The position numbers and the translations under genes are program-made. The notes under the pieces were generated by a model. It did not search any database and had not been told where the DNA came from. It saw only the letters and a program-made list of their open reading frames with translations. Positions 57,868 through 64,000 of a stretch of 64,000 bases of DNA are shown here, one piece after another (within the stretch, counting starts at the first letter, position 1; each line of letters starts with the position of its first letter). Origin of the DNA: Gemmatimonadota bacterium (GTDB lineage Bacteria; Gemmatimonadota; Gemmatimonadetes; Longimicrobiales; Gaopeijiaceae); assembly GCA_028874985.1 (NCBI GenBank), contig JAPPGI010000186.1:14596-78595 (forward strand), read 5' to 3'.

Positions 57868-59049
57868 ATGGTCCAAGGAACGCCGCAAACCCGGGTGAAT
57901 CGTAAAGCAGTGGAGAACTGGATCGCCGGTTTCGGACTGGAATCCCAACCGCATCCACAGCACGATGCCGAGTTCGAATGGGGCACGGCCCTGCCGCTCG
58001 CGAGGGTGCATGAACTCGATCTCAATCCCCGCCCCGCGCGGCGCCTCACCTCCCACCGGGCCAGCCACTCGAAGAGCGCCGGCGTTCTCAAGTACGTGCT
58101 TTACGTCGACGGGCCTTCCGACCCGGTCCTGCTGCGCGCCCTCGCCGAGCGGCTGGAGCATCCCGCGGCCGAGGTGTGGGACGATCAGGCCAACGCCTTC
58201 TACCTTCGCGACCTTCGACGGATCCCAGGCGCCGCTCAAGCCGAGCCCGGCACGGGACCGGTTCGCGATCCGCGGTCCGGCAGGAGCAGGTTCGCGCTCA
58301 CGCCCGCGCAGCACTTCCGCGCTCTTCGCCGCGACGATCCCAACCTGAGAGGCCTCGCGATCCTCGACATGGGGACAAGGCCTCGCCAGGAGGTCGAGCA
58401 GGATGGCCTGCTGACCGTCTGGTGGCGCCGGGGGGAGATCGAACGGCACCTCCTCCGGTCCGAGGTTCTTGGCATCTACGCAGCCACCCGGTATTTCAAC
58501 CGGCCGGTGATCGACCGGATCGAGGACGAGTTGCTGGATGTCACCTACAGCGTTCATCCGGAGGGCGGTCGTTTTCTGGACGATCCCGAGCGCGTCGAAC
58601 GCAGCCCAAGCGAATTCGTCAGGGAGTTCTTCCGGCGCCTGGCGGACCGGATCGGCGACGAGAGCCTGCTTCCTCAGGGCGGTCTGCACCGCCTGGTCCG
58701 GTCGATGGACACGAGGGACATCCCCTCCGAAGTCTCCCGGGTCCTGGACCAACTGGACACCCTGTTCCGGCGCGCCCGGCGCGATCAGAAGTGCCCGGTC
58801 ACGGGCGGAGCGGCGGCGATCCGACGCGAGAGCGACCGTCATGCCTTCGTCGTGAGGGCGGACTGGGCGGAAGGCCCCTACCGGATCACGGGGCAGGCCC
58901 TCGCGCTCATCGGGGAGGCGGGGCCCGACGCGCGGACGAGGGACTGCATCGTCGAAGCTCTCCGGGACCAGTGGGACGCAGGGGTGGACCGGCCGGTGGT
59001 CGACAGTGAGCTGGTGGAGTCGTGCTCGCGGGCGCTGGAGTCCGGGTAG
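57868..59049 (+). CDS. stand-alone DUF4435/Toprim-like (AriB-like) protein, paralogue of the C-terminal half of the 19961..21757 gene
   Basis: From 58084 it reads YVLYVDGPSDPVLLRALAERLEHPAAEVWDDQANAFYLRD...LRGLAILDMG...WWRRGEIERHLL...EFVREFFRRLADRIG. This is collinear with YVLYVEGGTDLAVLRALATRLGHAAADVWDENANVYYVRD...LRGLAIRDRN...YWRRYEIENYIV...EFAEEFFRRLAEKLG. No ATPase part. Unique about 110-aa C-terminal tail. Confidence 0.55.
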   Translation: MVQGTPQTRVNRKAVENWIAGFGLESQPHPQHDAEFEWGTALPLARVHELDLNPRPARRLTSHRASHSKSAGVLKYVLYVDGPSDPVLLRALAERLEHPAAEVWDDQANAFYLRDLRRIPGAAQAEPGTGPVRDPRSGRSRFALTPAQHFRALRRDDPNLRGLAILDMGTRPRQEVEQDGLLTVWWRRGEIERHLLRSEVLGIYAATRYFNRPVIDRIEDELLDVTYSVHPEGGRFLDDPERVERSPSEFVREFFRRLADRIGDESLLPQGGLHRLVRSMDTRDIPSEVSRVLDQLDTLFRRARRDQKCPVTGGAAAIRRESDRHAFVVRADWAEGPYRITGQALALIGEAGPDARTRDCIVEALRDQWDAGVDRPVVDSELVESCSRALESG

Positions 59050-59158
59050 GCCGAGCGACATGGTATCGCCTGGCTTCCGGACCACCGAATGAGGGGATGA
59101 CGAGCCGTCGCCGAAGGCGTTGCGGCCCTCGCACTGCCGCGAGTATCGTTGACCAACG

Positions 59159-60775
59159 ATGAGCTTTCCGCCCGTGCAAACAGACGGTCCCGCGCGCCGC
59201 ACGCTGCCGCTCGGCGTCCAGTCCTTCCGCAAGCTTCGCGAGGACGGGCGCTACTACGTCGACAAGACGCTCCACATCGAGCGCTTGACGGACAACGGCA
59301 CCGCCTACTTCCTGTCGCGCCCCCGGCGCTTCGGCAAGAGCCTGCTGATCGACACGCTGGCGGAGCTCTTCCAGGGCAGCGAGGAGCTCTTCCGCGGGCT
59401 CGCGATTCACGACCGCTGGAACTGGTCCGTTCGCCGGGCCGTCGTCAGGCTCGACTTCGCCAGCGGGGTCTTCACCACCCCTGAGCGGCTGGAGCAGGAG
59501 GTGGTCGCACAGCTCAACGATCAGGTGCGGCACGCCGGGCTTGGCATGGCCGAGGGCTTCGGGCCGGGCGCCGACGGCGCCGCCCCGCCCCTGCTGCGCC
59601 GGGTGATCCGGTCCCTGCACGAGACCACCGGCCACCGCGTCGCCGTCCTGGTCGACGAGTACGACAAGCCCATCGTCGACAACCTGGAGTCCCCGGATGT
59701 GGCCCGCGCCAACCGCGACCTCCTCTCCGGCCTTTACGGCACCTTCAAGTCCTGCGACGCCCACATCCGCTTCCTGCTGCTGACCGGGGTGACCAAGTTC
59801 TCCAAGGTCAACCTCTTCTCCGGGCTCAACAACCTGACGGACATCACCCTCGACCCCCGTTTCGCCACCATCTGCGGGTACACCCAGGAAGAGCTGGACA
59901 CGGTCTTCGAGCCGGAGCTGGACGCGCCTGAGCTCAGGCCGCTGGACCGCGGCAAGATCAAGGATTGGTACGACGGCTACCGCTGGCTGGGCGAGCCCGT
60001 CTACAACCCCTACGACGTGCTTCTCCTCCTGCGCACTCGCAAGTTCCGGGCCCACTGGTTCAACACCGGAACGCCCCGGTTCCTGCTCGACGTCCTGGAG
60101 CGGCGCGGCGTCACCAGCTTCGACCTGGAGGGCATCGAGACCGACGAGTCGCTGCTGTCCGCGTTCGACGTGGACCACATCTCGACCGAGGCGCTGCTCT
60201 GGCAGACCGGATACCTGACGATCGCGGGCGCGGAGGACGACGAGGAGGGTGAAGAGATCTTCCGGCTGGGGTACCCCAACCTGGAGGTGCGCCGGAGCCT
60301 GAACCGCCATCTGTTCGGCCGCATGACCGGCCGGCGCGACGACCCCGGCACCGCATTCTGGCGAGGAATCTTGCGCGCCCTGCGCACCGGCGACGCGACG
60401 GGCGTCGAGTCCGAGCTGCGCGCGCTGTTCGCGGGGATCCCGCACGAGTGGCACACGAAGAGCGAGATGGCCCGCTACGAGGGCTACTACGCGAGCGTGT
60501 TCTACGCGTATCTGCAAGGCACGGGCCTGGACGTGCGGGCGGAGGAGAGCTCGGCTGCGGGCAGGGCGGACATCGCGGTGGTGCTGGACGGCGCCGCGTG
60601 GGTCTTCGAGCTGAAGATCGAGGAGCGCGCGGCGGAGGGCGCGGCGCTGGCGCAGCTGCGGAAGCGCGGCTACGCGGACAGGCACCGACGCGCTGGACGG
60701 AAGGTGCACCTGGTGGGCATCCACTTCAGCGAGGCGTCCAGGACGGTGACCGCGTTCGAGGTGGCGGAGGGGTAG
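59159..60775 (+). CDS. AAA-ATPase-like (PF09820-type) + PD-(D/E)XK nuclease (PDDEXK_9-type) protein
   Basis: N-terminus SFRKLREDGRYYVDKTLHIERL...YFLSRPRRFGKSLLIDTL is the hallmark of this family. C-terminus GRADIAVVLDGAAWVFELK is the PD-(D/E)XK core. Confidence 0.8.
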   Translation: MSFPPVQTDGPARRTLPLGVQSFRKLREDGRYYVDKTLHIERLTDNGTAYFLSRPRRFGKSLLIDTLAELFQGSEELFRGLAIHDRWNWSVRRAVVRLDFASGVFTTPERLEQEVVAQLNDQVRHAGLGMAEGFGPGADGAAPPLLRRVIRSLHETTGHRVAVLVDEYDKPIVDNLESPDVARANRDLLSGLYGTFKSCDAHIRFLLLTGVTKFSKVNLFSGLNNLTDITLDPRFATICGYTQEELDTVFEPELDAPELRPLDRGKIKDWYDGYRWLGEPVYNPYDVLLLLRTRKFRAHWFNTGTPRFLLDVLERRGVTSFDLEGIETDESLLSAFDVDHISTEALLWQTGYLTIAGAEDDEEGEEIFRLGYPNLEVRRSLNRHLFGRMTGRRDDPGTAFWRGILRALRTGDATGVESELRALFAGIPHEWHTKSEMARYEGYYASVFYAYLQGTGLDVRAEESSAAGRADIAVVLDGAAWVFELKIEERAAEGAALAQLRKRGYADRHRRAGRKVHLVGIHFSEASRTVTAFEVAEG

Positions 60776-60869
60776 GAGGCCATCGGACTAACTTGATCGA
60801 CCTGTCCCGAAAGATCCGATCCATCGATGTCTCCGCGAGACGACACGACACGCGATCCCGGCCAAGGAG

Positions 60870-61760
60870 GTGACCGGCATGAGCATGGTTTTCAGTACTG
60901 TCAGCGCAATTCAACTGTGTGCCGGATGCGCCGTGGAATTCGAACCCCAGGTTACACTGGGTACCAGGGACGACCCCGCGGGCCCGGGCGTTCTTGCGGA
61001 GGTCCTCGACATGGGGGATCAGGGATACCTGGTGAGTTCGGACATCCTCGGCGGCGTGGTGATCGTCTACGATGAGGAGGGACGCTACCAGCGGGAACTG
61101 ACGCGCGAGGGCGAAGGCCCGGGAGAGTTGATTGCCGCGCCCCACTTCGCCATCGGCACCGGTGGGATCCTCATGTTTGAACCTGGACACGTGGCCCGCT
61201 CGATGCAGCCCGGTGCAGGAGCCGCCAATCTGCGCGGCTGGCAGGCTGCCATTCGTGGCACGGATGGCATGATTTGGACGTCTTCGCCGTTTGGGCTGGT
61301 CGAACTCTATGACGAAGATCTGGCGCCGCTGGATTCCATCCAGCTGGAACTGCCCGGAATGGAGGGGTGGGAGGCTCCTCGCGACGGGCGGCCCATCGGT
61401 TGGCCGGCGCAGGTCAACGACATTCGCCTCGCGCCGGACGGCTCGGGCTTGTGGGTCTTCGCAATGGCACCGGAAGAAAGGCTGGCCGCACTGAGTGTCG
61501 AGGAACTCCGCGACGAGATGATGGCCAACGCGGCCAACGCGGGCGCGGTGGAGCAGGTTGCGGACGCCTACGTCTATTGGATTCGACTGGACCCGGATGG
61601 ATTGACCCTGATGGGAAGGGACAACTTCGACACCCTGGTGCGCCCGCTGGGCGACGGGGATCTCGCCTACGACCTGTTCGAGACGCCTGACGGAAACCGA
61701 CGGGTTCGGGTGGGACGGCTGAGCCTTACTCGAACTGCTCCAGGTAGTCCGGATTCTTGA
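60870..61760 (+). CDS. 6-bladed beta-propeller family protein (divergent paralogue)
   Basis: TREGEGPGELIAAPHF motif, LAPDGSGLWVF, and the tail LAYDLFETPDGNRRVRVGRLSL. Its 3' end overlaps the radical SAM remnant by 35 nt (convergent). Confidence 0.6.
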   Translation: MTGMSMVFSTVSAIQLCAGCAVEFEPQVTLGTRDDPAGPGVLAEVLDMGDQGYLVSSDILGGVVIVYDEEGRYQRELTREGEGPGELIAAPHFAIGTGGILMFEPGHVARSMQPGAGAANLRGWQAAIRGTDGMIWTSSPFGLVELYDEDLAPLDSIQLELPGMEGWEAPRDGRPIGWPAQVNDIRLAPDGSGLWVFAMAPEERLAALSVEELRDEMMANAANAGAVEQVADAYVYWIRLDPDGLTLMGRDNFDTLVRPLGDGDLAYDLFETPDGNRRVRVGRLSLTRTAPGSPDS

Positions 61761-62305
61761 CGGCGATCTCGCCGTACACCTTCAGGCAGGTATCCGTCCA
61801 GCTCCGGATCCAGTCGCAGTAGTGCAGGTTCGCCTTCCCCGTATCGCCATACCGCACATGCGCCTCGTGGTAGCACCCCCCCGCGCATAGCGGCCGCGCC
61901 CAGCACGTACTGCAGTCCGTCTTGTTGGCCACATGATGGTGCCCCAGAAACTCGAACTGCCGCTGGCGGTCCAGCCCGCCGTGCACCGACCCGATGCTGT
62001 GATCGTCCGAGCCAGCGAACCGATGACAGAGCGCCAGCTCCCCATCCGTCGCCACCCCCATCAGCCCCAGCCCCGCCCCGCACGGGAACGCTTTGCTCAC
62101 CCCCTTATGGATCTCCTCGATCGTGTCCTTCACATTCGAGAACCCGTGGTGCCGGTCCTCGACCGCGAACTCCGAAAAACCCGGTGACGTTGAGCGTCTG
62201 GCGCGTGAGCGTCACGCGGGCCCCGATCGGTCTTGTGCGATGCCGCTCCAGCAATCGCTTGATCTTCGGCATCGCGTAGTCGTAGCTGCCCATCCCGTCC
62301 GGTGT
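61726..62305 (-). pseudogene. radical SAM/SPASM-domain maturase remnant (anSME/QhpD-like), 5'-truncated and frameshifted
   Basis: The C-terminal SPASM motif is intact: CSTCWARPLCAGGCYHEAHVRYGDTGKANLHYCDWIR. Upstream, TPDGMGSYDYAMPKIKRLLERHRTRPIGARVTLT is in another frame, switching at the A5/T5 run at 62175..62179. The CxxxCxxC core is absent because the gene is cut at about 62300 by the TnpB remnant. Confidence 0.7.
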
Positions 62306-62543
62306 AGGGCGATGTTCCACAGCCACGTGAGCTGGCCGAGCAGATCTTCGAGGTTCCGGTGGCCCGCACGGGACAGGTGCGCCTTGCGGCTGATCGTGCG
62401 AGTTACGACCTTGGGTTCGGAGGCCATGAACGCTTCCCCGTTCGTGGTAGTGCGCCGGATGCGGACCCCATATCCGATCCGGCGTTCTCCATTGAGGTTA
62501 CGGTCATCGTTCACGTTGTCAAGTCAGGGGTATAATCCCCCAA
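62299..62543 (-). mobile_element. truncated second copy of the TnpB element (left end + first 43 codons of tnpB)
   Basis: The reverse complement of 62518..62543 is TTGGGGGATTATACCCCTGACTTGAC. MASEPKVVTRTISRKAHLSRAGHRNLEDLLGQLTWLWNIALHR (ATG at 62427) parallels MASESKLVTRTVTRKAYLSKAGHRNLSELFGQLTWLWNIALHR of the intact copy. Similarity stops abruptly at about 62300. Confidence 0.85.
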
Positions 62544-62896
62544 GGGATCCGGGCGCCCGGCAGAGCGCCACGAAAGCGGTCGCGGTATGGACCTGGCAGG
62601 CCGGATCCCGCGCTGGCATCGCGGCCAGCCTTGCGATCCTGCTCAATGCGGTCTGCGTCCAGAAGCACCAACCGCGCCTTCAGCATCCGCCGGGCCGGGT
62701 GCCGTTCCAGGCGGCGCCGGGCCTGATCGACCACTTGGAGGGAATCACCCCCGGAGCCCTGCTTAACGTCCAAGTGAAGATGAAGCCGCAGATCGTCGGA
62801 GACCCGCTGAAGGAACTGGACGAGAGCTCCGTCGCTCTTTCCCTCGACACCAACGAATATGACGCGCCGAACCCTGACGCCACTTCTGTGGCGCAC
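62519..62896 (-). pseudogene. RloB/AbiLii-like (Toprim-like) protein, C-terminus replaced by the IS left end
   Basis: RVIFVGVEGKSDGALVQFLQRV and RLVLLDADRIEQD resemble the two acidic motifs of RloB/DUF4276-type Toprim-like proteins. The last 7 codons (WGIIPLT) are encoded by the IS end. 6 nt downstream of the ATPase gene. Confidence 0.5.
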
Positions 62897-62902
62897 CGCT
62901 GC

Positions 62903-64000
62903 CTATCCGATCCTCGGAAGTCCGCCCAGCATGCCGCTCCTGTACTTCGGATACAGTCGCACATCCCGCCGGAGACCCCGGATATCCTGCGCCCCATACA
63001 CTCGCGTGGCGCCGCAGTCGGCTTTCTCGATGATAAAGACCTCCTCCTTCTCAAGGTCGTCAAGGATGCCCACATGGTGCGACGAGATCAGCAGCTGGGC
63101 GTCTCGCGGGTTCGTATCCCTCGACCGAAACCAGCTCAGCAGCTCCACCAACATGTCGATGTGGAGTGCCCCATCGATCTCGTCGAGGATGGCGAGACGG
63201 GTCCGGGTCAGCGCCTGCCGGACCAACGGCAAGAGGTGGAGGAGCTCCTTGGTGCCCGTCGACTCGAGGCTCAACAGTATGGGGGAGTCCAAGCCTTTGT
63301 GCTCGAACCAGAGCTCCTTGTTGCCGTGCGCACTGACAACTCCGAGATCGCTGATGCCCAGGTCGCTGCGGCGGACCAGTGTTCGCGCCCAGCGCCTCTC
63401 ATCTTCATGGGACTCCAGCCACCCGATCACCGTGGAGGTCTTCGGCTGGACGGTCTCGTTGCCCACGAGGTTGCACGCGAACAGAAGCCTGTCGCCCATC
63501 AGCCGGGCGAAGCGGGCTGCGACAGGAACGTTGACCAGCGCAAGGGTCGCGATGGCGGATCGATTGCGCTCCACGCCCCTGAGCCTATCGTCCCTAGCGG
63601 TGAGCCCGAAGTCCTTGGATGCGTAGATCGGCGCGCTCGCTGCCGGCCGCTCCAAGAGCCTTCGCCGCCTTCCATTGGGGAAGTGCCAGAGCGTTTCCCG
63701 CTCCACGAAGCCCGAAGTCTTCCCATTCGCCTCCTGCCGACGCCCGATGGTCAGTTCGTAACGGAAGCGACGCGGGTTGTCACCCGGTGTCAGGAAGTCC
63801 GCCTCCCCCTCCAGAGCGAAGTGGGTGGGCGCAGAGGCGGTCTCTCCCGATAGGAACGGCAGCACCGGCAGGCGACTGGTCGGCGACGATGCGATGCGTC
63901 CGAGATCTGTCAGCGCGTTCAGCAGTGTAGTTTTGCCGGAGCCGTTAGGTCCGATGAGGACAGCGACCGCAGGCAGTCGGACGCCCGGCCTCGCGGTACT
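62903..64000 (-). CDS. AAA_21-type ABC ATPase (AbiLi/RloA-like), 5' end beyond window
   Basis: The frame stays open to the window edge. Walker A LIGPNGSGKTTLL (about 63930), signature-like ESTGTKELLHLL, Walker B LAILDEIDGALH, and ISSHH. Confidence 0.8.
   Translation of the reverse strand, partial: STARPGVRLPAVAVLIGPNGSGKTTLLNALTDLGRIASSPTSRLPVLPFLSGETASAPTHFALEGEADFLTPGDNPRRFRYELTIGRRQEANGKTSGFVERETLWHFPNGRRRRLLERPAASAPIYASKDFGLTARDDRLRGVERNRSAIATLALVNVPVAARFARLMGDRLLFACNLVGNETVQPKTSTVIGWLESHEDERRWARTLVRRSDLGISDLGVVSAHGNKELWFEHKGLDSPILLSLESTGTKELLHLLPLVRQALTRTRLAILDEIDGALHIDMLVELLSWFRSRDTNPRDAQLLISSHHVGILDDLEKEEVFIIEKADCGATRVYGAQDIRGLRRDVRLYPKYRSGMLGGLPRIG

Noticed and set aside
62093-63853. 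586-aa plus-strand ORF spanning the radical SAM remnant, IS remnant, RloB-like gene and ATPase gene
   Set aside because: It is antisense to four independently recognisable minus-strand features. Its N-terminal similarity to ORF 54545..54892 merely reflects the antisense of the two tnpB 5' ends.
1-64000. tRNA or rRNA genes
   Set aside because: Scanning by eye found no T-arm (GGTTCGAATCC-like) or anticodon-stem architecture, and no rRNA-like conserved blocks. This is a visual scan only; tRNAscan-SE or barrnap would be decisive.

Overview
This is a 64-kb window of a high-G+C bacterial chromosome (G+C looks like roughly two-thirds by eye; not computed). I can support about 55 protein-coding genes or gene remnants. 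There is one intact TnpB-only IS200/IS605-type element, a truncated second copy of it, and one VapBC-type toxin-antitoxin pair. I recognised no rRNA, tRNA or CRISPR array. Long ORFs antisense to almost every real gene are high-G+C artefacts. Layout by region follows. 0-19 kb: ornithine cyclodeaminase, an orphan 616-aa protein, a DUF2723 membrane protein, a BlaI/BlaR1 sensor pair, two secreted amidohydrolases, and three Big_2 + plant-type-LRR surface proteins. One LRR protein is fused to a metzincin domain; the other two collide tail-to-tail at a perfect palindrome. 19-29 kb: one co-directional minus-strand array. It runs msrP, msrQ fused in frame to a beta-propeller, DUF4159, VWA protein, caspase-fold protein, a single-polypeptide PARIS-like (ABC ATPase + DUF4435) defence candidate, and a beta-propeller pseudogene. 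29-54 kb: metabolic and envelope genes. These include a GMC oxidoreductase operon, a NarL-type regulator with a decayed kinase, an APC permease, DUF5916, a degenerate DEAD-box protein, an aminotransferase and an O-methyltransferase. 54-64 kb: a decayed mobile/defence island. It holds a TnpB IS inserted into a beta-propeller gene, VapBC, a transposase fragment, an orphan DUF4435 (AriB-like) gene, an AAA-ATPase/PD-(D/E)XK protein, a radical SAM/SPASM remnant, a truncated TnpB copy, and an AbiL-like ATPase + RloB-like pair clipped by the IS end. Gene decay or indels recur: at least seven reading frames are interrupted. The taxonomic guess (Gemmatimonadota-like) is inferred from gene families only. 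All family names come from motif recognition by eye, not from database searches.
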